A stretch of DNA of 64,000 nucleotides, taken from a virus. Taxonomy: Duplodnaviria; Caudoviricetes. The stretch's first letter is position 1. The number at the start of each line of letters is the position of its first letter. The notes below the pieces were generated by a model. The model saw only the letters and a program-made list of their open reading frames with translations, ran no database searches and was not told where the DNA came from. Below are positions 1 to 9,376 of this stretch, piece after piece. The position numbers were made by a program, and so were the translations under genes. The stretch covers positions 1 through 64,000 of the IMG/VR virus record IMGVR_UViG_3300014695_000002, one strand, 5' to 3'.

Positions 1-167
1 TCATCCTTTAGATTCTTATTCAGAGTAACTACAGACTCATTAAGCAGACCTTCAGCTTTCTTGGTGTGAACTTGAGCTACCTCTTGCTGATAACCATAGT
101 AGGTGTAGCCACCGCATACTACTAGAAAGATTGCAGCACCGATCAGGGATTTGGTTGAACGTTTCAT
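1..167 (-). CDS. N-terminally anchored membrane protein (partial, runs off left edge)
   Basis: ATG at 167 after GAGG RBS; MKRSTKSLIGAAIFLVVCGGYTYYGYQQE..., hydrophobic segment then helical region; not in ORF track. Confidence 0.6.
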   Translation of the reverse strand, partial: MKRSTKSLIGAAIFLVVCGGYTYYGYQQEVAQVHTKKAEGLLNESVVTLNKNLKD

Positions 168-212
168 TTTGTATTCCTCAGTTTCCGTAAGTCAGGTAAG
201 AGATGATTGCTT

Positions 213-353
213 CTAGGATTGCTTGCATTTGTATATTTCCTTGCTGATAGCTTCAAGTTTACGCTCATAGTATGCGATTAGCAAGGGCATTTTAAACATT
301 TCTGCGTGGCGTAGTAGGCAGCTAAAATGCTCTAGCTTTTGTTCATTTGTCAT
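213..353 (-). CDS. hypothetical protein (46 aa)
   Basis: Hand-translated MTNEQKLEHFSCLLRHAEMF...KCKQS; overlaps the upstream stop. Confidence 0.45.
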   Translation of the reverse strand: MTNEQKLEHFSCLLRHAEMFKMPLLIAYYERKLEAISKEIYKCKQS

Positions 354-525
354 CAAAAAGTTTCTTCATCTTTTTATCAATGGACCTATTAATTGACGCA
401 TTATCTGTAGCTACAATCAACCAGACCAGAATCCACAAGCCTCCTGAGATTATGGATAGAATCAAATGCAATACATGGTTTGTCCTCTTTCTCTGACTAT
501 TCAAGAAAAACAGTTCACTATTCAC
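343..525 (-). CDS. small membrane protein, paralog of 27743..27949
   Basis: GGAG RBS, sigma70 promoter upstream; HLILSIISGGLW TM motif shared with 27743 ORF. Confidence 0.75.
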   Translation of the reverse strand: MNSELFFLNSQRKRTNHVLHLILSIISGGLWILVWLIVATDNASINRSIDKKMKKLFDDK

Positions 526-569
526 TTCAAATCTCCTTTGTCTGTGAAGCTTTCTGCTTCGGTAGGGGT

Positions 570-598
570 AGTATGGTTCAGTAGCTAACCTGTGTCAA
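570..598 (-). promoter_or_regulatory. sigma70-type promoter
   Basis: TTGACA-N17-CATACT on minus strand. Confidence 0.7.
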
Positions 599-629
599 CA
601 ACATTTTCAAATTTATTTTTTGATAGACA

Positions 630-665
630 AGAAAAAGCCCCACCTCTTGTTAGGAGGCAGGGCTA
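630..665 (-). terminator. intrinsic terminator after YadA-like gene
   Basis: AGCCC/GCCTC stems closing on GAGGTGGGGCT followed by TTTTTC on minus strand. Confidence 0.75.
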
Positions 666-671
666 GTCACA

Positions 672-1472
672 TCACTTCAGACGATAGGTAGCTGAGACAA
701 CACCACCACGAGTAGAACCAGATTGGCTAAAGGCTGCGTTGAAGAATAGATTCTCGCTAACAGCACCACCAACGCCTACAGCCAGGGCTTGCTTACCAGC
801 GATTGTAGAGCCTGATACAGCAGCTTGTACACCACAGTCTAGATCAGTACAGTAGGCGAATCCTGCCACAGCTAAAGCTACAGCAGCTGCTTCTTTAGCT
901 TGTCGTACATCACTTTCCAGAGTGTCTAGACGGCTATCTGTGCGGCTTTGATACTGAGCCATGTTAGAGGCTAGAGCATCATGAGATGAGCCGTAGCTGT
1001 CTAGTTTGTTACCATATTCGTTTAGGGTATAGTCTGTTTGTGTAGCACGTTTCTGTAGGTCTTTGGTTGCATACTCCAGCGATTCACCCTTAATTGTATT
1101 GTTAGTAATACGAGTCTCATGGTCTTGGATAACTTTGGTGTTATTACTAGTTCGCTCAGTTACATTTTTAATATTCTGAGTGTTTGCATTAGCTTGAACA
1201 GCCACTACATCTACTCGACGATTGACTGCGTTTACTTCTGAGCGATCAGCTTTGTTAGCTTGTAGGTCTTTGATTTGACCATCGTGAATCTTCAAGGCCA
1301 CCGAGTTACCATTTGTGTCTTTATTAAGTTCAGTCTCAACAGTACGAAGGTCAGCAAGGGTTGCATGAGTTTTGTAGATGTTGCCCTTATTCTCGTAAAC
1401 GTGGGTGGTTTCAGCAGCAAAGGCTTGAGTGGATAGAGCAAGGGCGATAGCGGTGATAGCGAAAGTTTTCAT
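672..1472 (-). CDS. YadA-like trimeric autotransporter (signal peptide, coiled-coil stalk, C-terminal beta-anchor)
   Basis: Signal peptide MKTFAITAIALALSTQAFA; Asn-rich coiled coil (NANTQNIKN, NNT); AAVALAVAG linker then four beta-strands (QALAVGVGG...GGVVSATY). Confidence 0.8.
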   Translation of the reverse strand: MKTFAITAIALALSTQAFAAETTHVYENKGNIYKTHATLADLRTVETELNKDTNGNSVALKIHDGQIKDLQANKADRSEVNAVNRRVDVVAVQANANTQNIKNVTERTSNNTKVIQDHETRITNNTIKGESLEYATKDLQKRATQTDYTLNEYGNKLDSYGSSHDALASNMAQYQSRTDSRLDTLESDVRQAKEAAAVALAVAGFAYCTDLDCGVQAAVSGSTIAGKQALAVGVGGAVSENLFFNAAFSQSGSTRGGVVSATYRLK

Positions 1473-1526
1473 TTGGTTCTCCTAAAGATTGATTTGGTTT
1501 AGACGATTGCTTGCTGTCTGAGGTGA

Positions 1527-1554
1527 ATGATAGCAGACCTAGTGAAAGCGTCTA
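1527..1554 (-). promoter_or_regulatory. sigma70-like promoter of YadA-like gene
   Basis: TAGACG-N16-TATCAT with TG just upstream of -10. Confidence 0.5.
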
Positions 1555-1569
1555 CTACCGTCGGTCGGG

Positions 1570-2088
1570 TTACTGATTTTCAAGCTTTTCCCATAAAGCC
1601 TTCCAGCGTCGCTTATGACGAATCAAAGAAATGTATCTTGGGTGGAGTGGGTAGATTTCTGCTAACGCTTTATTGGTATAACCCTGCCTCATAAGCTCGA
1701 TCATTTCAATGGCTTCAGTTTCTGTGATTTTAGATGAGACATGTGACTCTCCTGGCATACCCTTTCTTAAATCATTTTCAAAGGCATGAAAAGCATTTCT
1801 TGACTGACTAACAAGCTCAATGTTAGAAAGGGTATTATTTTCTTTGTTTCCATCAATGTGATTAATAACAAGCTTTTTGTCTTCAATAGGCCCGTTAAAA
1901 CATTCCCACACAAATCTATGCCAGCGAAATTGCTTGTAAGCTACTGTGATAACATTATAGCCAGTGTGGTGCAGAATAGGTTTTACCTTACCTCTTGGTC
2001 CATAAATTTCGCCTAACTCATTTGCTGAATATTGTGGGTATATTGGATGCTTTTTCATTACTTTCCTCCTTATATAAAAATACCCCAC
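1570..2088 (-). CDS. HNH homing endonuclease with C-terminal HTH (likely start 2058)
   Basis: WHRFVWECFNG..VINHIDGNKENNTLSNIELV HNH_3 motif; free-standing after nrdA. Confidence 0.85.
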   Translation of the reverse strand: MGYFYIRRKVMKKHPIYPQYSANELGEIYGPRGKVKPILHHTGYNVITVAYKQFRWHRFVWECFNGPIEDKKLVINHIDGNKENNTLSNIELVSQSRNAFHAFENDLRKGMPGESHVSSKITETEAIEMIELMRQGYTNKALAEIYPLHPRYISLIRHKRRWKALWEKLENQ

Positions 2089-2107
2089 ACAATTAAGTGC
2101 AGGGTAT
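2076..2107 (-). terminator. intrinsic terminator after nrdA
   Basis: ATACCC..CAC-TTAATT-GTG..GGGTAT followed by TTTT. Confidence 0.65.
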
Positions 2108-2119
2108 CAAGTATATCAC

Positions 2120-3853
2120 TTATTGACACATCTCACAATCAGTGACTCGACTGATTTCACCAGCTCCCCGCATACTGTAGATATAATACAGAGAGAGAAT
2201 CCCCTCGTCCTCAATAGCAAGCTTGTGAATCTTACTGATGTATTCCTCACTGTCGTTAGAAGTAAAATAGAGATTGATAGATTGAGCCTGATCAATGTAT
2301 CTTTGACGCTGTGAACATAGCCGTAGATAATCTTCCATTGGAATCTCAAATGCAGTTCTGAATACAGCTTTCTCTTCTTCATTCAACCAGTTTACTTTCT
2401 GCACACTTCCTTTAGCTTTAATAATCTCCTTAACAGTCTTTTCGTTGAATACACCTTTTTCTTTCATAAGTTCAAGTAGAACTTTGTTGATCCTGAAGAA
2501 CTCACCGCCTGCAGATTGCTTAGTAAATGCCATGGCAGTGTCAAGACCAATACCCTCAGAACCACCACCCATAAGCTCAGCAGTAGATTTAGTCGGGGGC
2601 ATCATAAGGCGCGTAGCATTACGAATACCTAACCCCTTACAACCCTCAGGCTCTCCTAAAACCCCTGCCAGCCAATGCGTAGCTTTCTTAGACTCATCAT
2701 CCAGATGTTTGAAAATCTGATTGTTCAGAAACATACAATCAAGCGATGAAACACTAATGCCTTTCTTCTGCATCAGAGTATGCCAAGCAAGAACACCACT
2801 ACCCAGTGAACGGAACTCCTTAGTAAATTTATAAATCTTTGACATTGCCTTCTTATCAAGGTCTGTCATTTCATCCATGGTTGCTAGGTACTCGCTGATA
2901 TTACAATCGGACATTACTTGTCCAATGAAAACGAGATGTTCAGGCCAGCTATCATAAAGCTCCAAATTGTAGTTAAGGATAACACAAGAGAAGGTATACT
3001 CTTCGTCTGAAGGTAAGCAAGTCTCTTGGCACAAATTACTGGCCTTTACAGTCATCCCCTTGCGTCGGAAAGCTTCTGCAAGGTGTCTATTCATCTTACT
3101 GATGAAAGTCATATACCCTTTACCACGAGGCATCTTAACACCGAGAATACGCTGGAATCGGCGTAGCATTTCAGGGTCTTGATCTTGTAGTAGACGACAA
3201 AACTCATCATCAAATAGCCAGCCAACATTATTCGACTCAGTACGTTCGTAGAGATGTTTAACTACCTTGTCAAAATCTCCATGTTGGGGGCGTAGGCTAT
3301 AAGCTAGGCTTCCTCGACGACTACCTTGAGTTACTTCCTCCATACCATTAATAAAGTCTCGAATCAATGGCATAACACCAAGACTACGACCACCACGTTT
3401 AAGTTCTGCACCTTCATGCGGCCAATGATCAATAGAGTAGCTAGTCCCATGGCTGTGTTTAGTCAGGATAGCAGCTTCAGTGACTGCATTATAACGATCA
3501 AACAAGTTATTACCCACATAACCACCAGCGCAGCTAACAGTAGTACCACGTTTACGCAGCCCACCATTAGACAGCAGAGGAGTAGAGCAGCTTACTAGAC
3601 CATCCCACAAAGTTTGAAAGAAAGCTTGTTCCCAAGTCTTACCTGCCGTGTATGGATCAAGCTCCCACCATTCAGGATAGGCTTTAGGTGCATGTTGGGC
3701 AAGGGCTTTAGCAACAGTCTCAAAGCGAGATTTGACAGTCTCTCCTTTGTATGAATACTTGTTGTAGAAAAGCTGTAGCCCACCAGTAGTGAACCAAGCA
3801 GGGCATTCACCCTGCTCTTGTTGTTTCTTACGCATTTCAGAAAAATTTAGCAC
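2120..3853 (-). CDS. nrdA: ribonucleotide reductase class Ia alpha subunit
   Basis: VSCAGG, SNLCQE (thiyl Cys), MMPPTKSTA, IDQAQSINLYF, LYY and C-terminal CxxC; no intron. Confidence 0.95.
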   Translation of the reverse strand: MLNFSEMRKKQQEQGECPAWFTTGGLQLFYNKYSYKGETVKSRFETVAKALAQHAPKAYPEWWELDPYTAGKTWEQAFFQTLWDGLVSCSTPLLSNGGLRKRGTTVSCAGGYVGNNLFDRYNAVTEAAILTKHSHGTSYSIDHWPHEGAELKRGGRSLGVMPLIRDFINGMEEVTQGSRRGSLAYSLRPQHGDFDKVVKHLYERTESNNVGWLFDDEFCRLLQDQDPEMLRRFQRILGVKMPRGKGYMTFISKMNRHLAEAFRRKGMTVKASNLCQETCLPSDEEYTFSCVILNYNLELYDSWPEHLVFIGQVMSDCNISEYLATMDEMTDLDKKAMSKIYKFTKEFRSLGSGVLAWHTLMQKKGISVSSLDCMFLNNQIFKHLDDESKKATHWLAGVLGEPEGCKGLGIRNATRLMMPPTKSTAELMGGGSEGIGLDTAMAFTKQSAGGEFFRINKVLLELMKEKGVFNEKTVKEIIKAKGSVQKVNWLNEEEKAVFRTAFEIPMEDYLRLCSQRQRYIDQAQSINLYFTSNDSEEYISKIHKLAIEDEGILSLYYIYSMRGAGEISRVTDCEMCQ

Positions 3854-4858
3854 TTATTCCTCCCAAGCTGAAGTAAATTTCTTTTCATTCCAACCCATCT
3901 CATACTCCATCCCCATGCCGGCAGAGAAGAAGTCAATCACCTTATAAGCATAGGTGTTATCTTCAAACCAGTCCTTAATGCTACACTCACCTTCTTTGAA
4001 TGCGTGAGGAAGACCCAAGCGTTCTAGATAGATATTAAGGCGACGTTTAACAAACTCTTTATATTCTTTCTTCTTAACCCCATTAAGTGAATCTCCAGGG
4101 ATTGCCATGTCAATGATTAGGCATTCGTGTTCGTATGCGTATTTTACTGCTTCGTTGATCTTTCTGACTCTCACCTTATCTTCTACAAGAGGCTTACCAA
4201 GCTCTGCATAACGTGTGTTAATAATCTCTGCGCTAATGATGCCGTGAAGGTCTTCATCAATTGCTGATTGGTTAGCTCCACGAGCAATAACAGGAATCAG
4301 ATTATAGCCATTAGACTGAAAGCTTTTCAAGATAGCAAAAGAACTAAATAGCAATGCAGTCTCAGTCAGAGAAAAGATAATAGCAGATAGGACTTTATCC
4401 TCACTAGAAATAATCTCATCCAACCAATCTACCCGAGCCTTTAGTTCAGGGTTGTTAGTATAGGCAATATAATCCTCATCCTTATCCATTCCCAGTACAG
4501 TATTAATTTGATTGTAGAATTCAGCATGGATTGCAAGTTCGGTCATACCTACAATACTTGCCGCAAGTTTAACTTCAGGCCGGGGGAACTCTTTAATAAC
4601 CAGAGAGTTCCAGTATTCCTCACCAACAATTAGTTCGTAACGCAGAAACAATTGAAGAACTGTCTTAACTGCATGAAGTTGTTCTTCACTAAGTTCATAA
4701 AGAAGCTGCATTCGATCAAGCTCTACAATCATCTCTGAGCTAAACCAAAGCTGATCCTCAAGCTGTTTGTTAGCCAACTCCACAATCTTTGGATAGTGTC
4801 GAGTATAACTATCAGTCGGTGTCTGAATCCGTGTTTTTTGATTAAAGTCGAAAGTCAC
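3854..4858 (-). CDS. nrdB: ribonucleotide reductase class Ia beta subunit
   Basis: Diiron ligands (ELAIH, ETALLFSSF, DEDLH), radical Tyr in HAEFY; adjacent to nrdA. Confidence 0.93.
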   Translation of the reverse strand: MTFDFNQKTRIQTPTDSYTRHYPKIVELANKQLEDQLWFSSEMIVELDRMQLLYELSEEQLHAVKTVLQLFLRYELIVGEEYWNSLVIKEFPRPEVKLAASIVGMTELAIHAEFYNQINTVLGMDKDEDYIAYTNNPELKARVDWLDEIISSEDKVLSAIIFSLTETALLFSSFAILKSFQSNGYNLIPVIARGANQSAIDEDLHGIISAEIINTRYAELGKPLVEDKVRVRKINEAVKYAYEHECLIIDMAIPGDSLNGVKKKEYKEFVKRRLNIYLERLGLPHAFKEGECSIKDWFEDNTYAYKVIDFFSAGMGMEYEMGWNEKKFTSAWEE

Positions 4859-5284
4859 TTAACCCTCCTTGCTCAATTGTTTACTAACTTTACGCGCTTC
4901 ACTGTAGGCTGCACGTTCTAGCATATCATCTACCTGTTTATCACAGCTAGTACGACTGTGCATCTTCAAGTCTACACGAAGACTAGCATCATCACAAGAT
5001 GCAATATAAGCGTCTAGGGAGGCTGCTCCCGTTGCGATGTAAGCATGGTCAGTACGTTCGTATCCCTCAAACCTAGGACCTGTCCAGGGCTCTTTACGGG
5101 TCAATACGCGATGGGTACAGCTTACAATGTCATAACCTAAATCAACACACATTCCTGAACGATAGAGAATATCATTGATAGCTGGTTTGTTCTGATCTTT
5201 AAGGGCTTGGTTAAACCCGTCTACTTGAGCTAGGTCATAAAAGCTTAGTGCGAATGGTACTGACATTACATTTTCTCTCCCCAA
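4859..5284 (-). CDS. hypothetical protein
   Basis: Co-oriented, abutting ORF in operon; no recognised motif. Confidence 0.7.
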   Translation of the reverse strand: MGRENVMSVPFALSFYDLAQVDGFNQALKDQNKPAINDILYRSGMCVDLGYDIVSCTHRVLTRKEPWTGPRFEGYERTDHAYIATGAASLDAYIASCDDASLRVDLKMHSRTSCDKQVDDMLERAAYSEARKVSKQLSKEG

Positions 5285-5469
5285 AATTTATGAAAAGCAT
5301 CTTCTGGAGTTAGACACAGCCAGTAGTATGCAAGGTATTCTTCTGCATTGTCAAAGAAACGATTCTGAGCTTCTTTACGGCTGATCATCTCTTTGATCTT
5401 AATCAAATCAACTACGTCATACAGCCATTGGGAGATAGGGTACTCTTCCGCATTGGTGAAGACTGGCAT
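5266..5469 (-). CDS. hypothetical protein
   Basis: Abuts thyX with GGAG RBS. Confidence 0.65.
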   Translation of the reverse strand: MPVFTNAEEYPISQWLYDVVDLIKIKEMISRKEAQNRFFDNAEEYLAYYWLCLTPEDAFHKFWGEKM

Positions 5470-5470
5470 T

Positions 5471-6145
5471 TTATTCTCCTTCTACAAGCGCCTTATAACT
5501 TACAGGAAAAAGTTCTTTAACAATCTCTGCAATCTTCTCAGCAACAATCCGAGTCTCAAGCTGTGTATGTGGATCAAGACGTAGCTTAAGCATATCACAG
5601 AATGCGCCTAGTGTACCACTCCAAATCCATGTTGTCATCATTGATTGTGGTAGCACTGAGCGAGCAAGTTCAGCACACACGCCAATTTCTAGCATTTTGT
5701 TGTATGTGTCAACAGCATTTTGGAACACCTCTTCAGGATAGCTGATACAATTACCTTCTGAATTCTCTGCTGTCTCAATCGGCGATAAATCAACCAATCT
5801 ATCACTACTTCCTTGTTTCACATTCTCAGCTTTACTACGCCAACCTTCGGGCACATAGAATTCAGGCTCTTCATCGACATAACGACGACTAACTTCATTC
5901 CAAGGCATGAACTTATGTTTTACAAGTTGGCGTGCTACGAACACAGGTGCCTTGACTCGAACAGAGATGAATGAGTGGTTGAAGGGGCTAAAGTGTTTAT
6001 GTTTAGCAAGATACTTAATAAGCTTCTCATCCTTACTGTCAAACTCATCCTTCCATTTATTGAAGCTAACTCTTGCTGCGTTCGATACGCTTGCGTCAGT
6101 ACCACAATGATCAATCAGGTTAACTTCAATATTGCTGGTCTTCAA
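5471..6145 (-). CDS. thyX: flavin-dependent thymidylate synthase
   Basis: NAARVSF, HFSPF.H, ARQLVKHK..WNEVSRRY, ELARSVLPQ, LRLDPHTQLE. Confidence 0.93.
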   Translation of the reverse strand: MKTSNIEVNLIDHCGTDASVSNAARVSFNKWKDEFDSKDEKLIKYLAKHKHFSPFNHSFISVRVKAPVFVARQLVKHKFMPWNEVSRRYVDEEPEFYVPEGWRSKAENVKQGSSDRLVDLSPIETAENSEGNCISYPEEVFQNAVDTYNKMLEIGVCAELARSVLPQSMMTTWIWSGTLGAFCDMLKLRLDPHTQLETRIVAEKIAEIVKELFPVSYKALVEGE

Positions 6146-6155
6146 TTCTCTCTCC

Positions 6156-6362
6156 TTAAATCGCTTTCAAAATATTCTGAGCACCAGATAGAACATTACC
6201 ATCAATCAACGCTGACGGAAGTGAACGAATGCAGTGCTTTGCTGCTAGTTCCATGCCGACTTCCGAATCCACGTCCACAGTATCGTAGCTAATGCATTTG
6301 CTGTCAAGGGTTTTCTTTAGACCAGAGCAAGATGAACACCACGAGGCAGTAAAAAGGATCAT
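6156..6362 (-). CDS. glutaredoxin/NrdH-like redoxin
   Basis: WCSSC motif, IRSLP cis-Pro loop; near nrdAB. Confidence 0.8.
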   Translation of the reverse strand: MILFTASWCSSCSGLKKTLDSKCISYDTVDVDSEVGMELAAKHCIRSLPSALIDGNVLSGAQNILKAI

Positions 6363-6769
6363 TTGTCCTCCTTACACAGATGCTTGTATTTAGTAAAAAG
6401 TTCTTTATATTTATCAGCCTTAGCAAGCTCTTGGTTCACATCATCCTTAGCCCCACAACGCAGACGGTATTTAAGAATATTGCCCAAACAGTATCCCTTG
6501 AACATATCTTGAGACATTGAACCTGCGATGATTTGGATAGCTTCAATGTTTTCTAGAACATTGTAGTGCTTAGGCGAGTGAACTTGCTCAGCTTTGATTT
6601 CTTCTGAAATCATTTCAAATGAATTAGGAAAATAATAATAATTATAATTCGATTGCCCCTCGTCGTCCAGAAAATAGTAAGCTTCTTCAGAGTCTTTTAG
6701 TAGCTCGTAAACTTTACCAATCGTCTGTTCTTCAGCACTTGCGTTAGGTTTAATGTAACGAACTTTCAT
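6359..6769 (-). CDS. DUF3310 (T7 gp1.7-like) domain protein
   Basis: VHSPKHY..IEAIQII..GYCLGNILKYRLRCGAKDD..ELAKA. Confidence 0.8.
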   Translation of the reverse strand: MKVRYIKPNASAEEQTIGKVYELLKDSEEAYYFLDDEGQSNYNYYYFPNSFEMISEEIKAEQVHSPKHYNVLENIEAIQIIAGSMSQDMFKGYCLGNILKYRLRCGAKDDVNQELAKADKYKELFTKYKHLCKEDK

Positions 6770-7120
6770 TTAAGCCACCTCCTTCTTAATATTCATATCC
6801 AAGTAAACAATCTCTTTACCAAGCTTCTTAGCATATTCCAACTCTTTAGTTACACCAATCGAGTTATCCCAATCTTCCAGCATAATAACATAGATATGGC
6901 TGCAATGGTCAATGACTCCGAAATCAATCTTTTCCCAAAAGTCAAACGTGCAGGGTAGCTTGTATTGTGCTGACATGTTGTGACTAGTAACGATGGGACT
7001 AAACACGGGAATACCTTGCAGAGTAAGCTCAGTCAACACTCTCAGGTTTTCTTGATAGCGCCATTCCATTAGAGCTTCATCTGCTTTGTAGCTATAAGGA
7101 GAAGCTAGATAGACGAGCAT
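6770..7120 (-). CDS. DUF1937 / nucleoside deoxyribosyltransferase-like protein
   Basis: VYLASPYS, VFSPIVTSH, WDNSIGVTKELEYA. Confidence 0.75.
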   Translation of the reverse strand: MLVYLASPYSYKADEALMEWRYQENLRVLTELTLQGIPVFSPIVTSHNMSAQYKLPCTFDFWEKIDFGVIDHCSHIYVIMLEDWDNSIGVTKELEYAKKLGKEIVYLDMNIKKEVA

Positions 7121-7614
7121 TACACCTCCGGTACAAACTTAGTCAGGTCAACGGATACGAAACCTTTAGGCTTCAAGATTTTACCAGTTTCAGCATTCTT
7201 AACAACAAACCAATCTTTACCTTTGTAGAACTTAGACTCAATATACACTGAAAGGTTCTTTTCCTCTTCGTAGTATTCTTTAGTCTCCAAAGCTTCAGAA
7301 TAAGTCTTGAAGAGCTTGCTCATATTATTCTCAGCTACAGCTTCCATTGCTGATTCCATATCAAAACCTGCTTGATACAAAAGCTCTTGTAGCCAGTCAG
7401 ATACTACACGAATATCACAGACAGCATCCGCTACTTCAGTCCAATCTTCTACAGCTACAGCCTCTTCTAGCTCCTTACACTCTTCTGCAATCAGAGCTAC
7501 TTGTCGTTTAACCACTTGCAGGAAGCTAATATCATCGAAATGCAGGTATTTGTTACCAGCAACAAGGTTAAAATCTACGGTAGAGTTATAGCTGTCTAGT
7601 ACGTTAAAGCTCAA
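7120..7614 (-). CDS. MazG-like nucleotide pyrophosphohydrolase
   Basis: LIAEECKEL..EVADAVCD..VAENNMSK..GKILKPKGF. Confidence 0.8.
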   Translation of the reverse strand: MSFNVLDSYNSTVDFNLVAGNKYLHFDDISFLQVVKRQVALIAEECKELEEAVAVEDWTEVADAVCDIRVVSDWLQELLYQAGFDMESAMEAVAENNMSKLFKTYSEALETKEYYEEEKNLSVYIESKFYKGKDWFVVKNAETGKILKPKGFVSVDLTKFVPEV

Positions 7615-7657
7615 TTTGTTCTCCTTAAGATAAGCTCAGCCGGGTTGACTGAGCTAT

Positions 7658-7686
7658 AGTATTTCATTGATTTGGGGTTGTGTCAA
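7658..7686 (-). promoter_or_regulatory. sigma70-type promoter with leader hairpin
   Basis: TTGACA-N17-AATACT; AGCTCAG/CTGAGCT hairpin at about 7633-7655. Confidence 0.65.
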
Positions 7687-8294
7687 GCAGGTTTTCCGTG
7701 TCTTTCTCCAAAACCTCCTATCTCCTGTTCCCATTCTAAGCGAGCTTTTGCAGCATCTTCAATCTTTTCAAAGATACCCAGATACTTCTTTTTATTTATT
7801 CCCTCTTCTGTCCAATGACCTTCGGCAACCCACTTCATCGAGCTTTTGTGCCAGTATACACCATTGACGCCAGAAGAGTTATTTTTCTTCCTCTGACTAT
7901 TCTTGCCATTAACAAACTTCTCTACATCCCTTAAGTTTGACCAAGAGTTGTTAAGTCCATTACCGTCTATATGGTCAACTTCATTTTCAGGCCAACTACC
8001 TTTTACAAACAAATGAGCAAGCCTATGGGCTAAGTATAGCTTATGGAAGACTCTGATTGAAACATATTCTGTGTTTAGTCCTTTAGTAATATGCCCAGCC
8101 TTTTTACCAGAGAACCTAGTCTTCCATACTCTGTATGCACTGATGTTTTTGAAGTGGTCTAAAGGTCTATCTTCTTTCCAGAAGAAATCTCCCGTCTCTT
8201 CGTTGTAAGTTAAAGCCTGAAAAATCTTCTCAGGCTGGTCTTGGTAAATCTTATACTTGTCCACTAGGTCCGATCCAGTCGCCATTTTTATCAA
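7683..8294 (-). CDS. HNH homing endonuclease with AP2-like domain
   Basis: YLAHRLAHL..EVDHIDGNGLNNSWSNLR; NNSSGVNGVYW..KYLGIF..AAKAR. Confidence 0.88.
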   Translation of the reverse strand: MIKMATGSDLVDKYKIYQDQPEKIFQALTYNEETGDFFWKEDRPLDHFKNISAYRVWKTRFSGKKAGHITKGLNTEYVSIRVFHKLYLAHRLAHLFVKGSWPENEVDHIDGNGLNNSWSNLRDVEKFVNGKNSQRKKNNSSGVNGVYWHKSSMKWVAEGHWTEEGINKKKYLGIFEKIEDAAKARLEWEQEIGGFGERHGKPA

Positions 8295-9153
8295 GGATCA
8301 TCGGTTCTAAGATAGGAATAGAGTCAATGATCAGTCCTGTTCCCAATACAGGGCGTTTTACGTTGACATTGTTGTAGCTGAACGCCAGAGCATTGTCGTC
8401 AATCAAACATCCAATCTGGAAACCCCAGAAAAGGCCAATTGGATTTCCCCAATACTCGATGCTGAAGTTATTGTGGTAATGGCCTTGTACAGCATTCATG
8501 CCCATTTGCTGGCTCAGTTGGATAGTCTTACTAACCTTGCCGTGGTGAAAGTAACAATGCTGTCCGTTAGGAAGCTTGATAGTCAAATCAAAATGCCACT
8601 TCCAATCGCTATTTACACCAAGAACCTCATTATAGGTCTTAATATAGTGCTTAGGAATTCCATTAGTCTTAGCTTTTCTCCAAACAAGGCTCCCATGGTT
8701 AGATTCCAAAAGATCCATCTTAGGGAACATCTTCTCTACTTCTTTAATCACCGGGATTGCCTGCCGAAGTTCGTCACCAGCTGATGCTAGATCAGGATCG
8801 TGATCGTGGAATGACAGGGAATGCCCGTCAACTTCATCGCCTAGACAGATAATCCGGGTAGGCTGGTATTTATCTTTAAGATATTGCAGAAACTTGAGCG
8901 TATGCTTGTGGTGATAAGGAATGTGCATATCACTAATCAGGAGAATTCGACTATTGTCGTCTTCCGCACTGTACTTACGCACTACAGGTTTATCTTTCTT
9001 TGAAATCTTTTCTTGATACTCTTCGCTGAAGTGTTTACGAAGAAAGTCACTCACAGTGCTACGGGCTACGTCTAGCTCTTTGCTAATCGAACGCCAAGAC
9101 ATGCCAGCAATGGCCATTTCAACAGCAGTTTGTTTCCACTCTTTGTTATCCAC
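8251..9153 (-). CDS. metallophosphoesterase with N-terminal HTH
   Basis: ISDMH, LGDEVD, SNHG, FHHG, GHYH; HTH SWRSISKELDVARSTV. Confidence 0.85.
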   Translation of the reverse strand: MDNKEWKQTAVEMAIAGMSWRSISKELDVARSTVSDFLRKHFSEEYQEKISKKDKPVVRKYSAEDDNSRILLISDMHIPYHHKHTLKFLQYLKDKYQPTRIICLGDEVDGHSLSFHDHDPDLASAGDELRQAIPVIKEVEKMFPKMDLLESNHGSLVWRKAKTNGIPKHYIKTYNEVLGVNSDWKWHFDLTIKLPNGQHCYFHHGKVSKTIQLSQQMGMNAVQGHYHNNFSIEYWGNPIGLFWGFQIGCLIDDNALAFSYNNVNVKRPVLGTGLIIDSIPILEPMILDKNGDWIGPSGQV

Positions 9154-9376
9154 TAAACTTCTCCTCTAATGCTTTCTGTAGAAATACAATCGTATCAAGT
9201 TGACTAAACGAATAACCAACTACGTTCTCAAACATTTGATATTGTTTTTCTGGCGCCAAAGTATCCCAACAATTTAGTAGGTTATTCATTGAATCTTTAT
9301 AGAACTTAATCTGTTGTTCGTCAAGATTCTTTAAGTCCACCTTATGTGGTGTAGGTAGGTTTATGACTTTACTCAT
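9146..9376 (-). CDS. hypothetical protein
   Basis: Overlapping start/stop in operon. Confidence 0.65.
   Translation of the reverse strand: MSKVINLPTPHKVDLKNLDEQQIKFYKDSMNNLLNCWDTLAPEKQYQMFENVVGYSFSQLDTIVFLQKALEEKFSG

Noticed and set aside
301-330. TAGGCAGCTAA resembling the 3' half of a type I-F CRISPR repeat (also ATAGGCAGC at about 53270)
   Set aside because: The CTGCC arm and full repeat are missing, and the first copy lies in a coding region; likely chance. No CRISPR array or RNA anti-CRISPR is claimed
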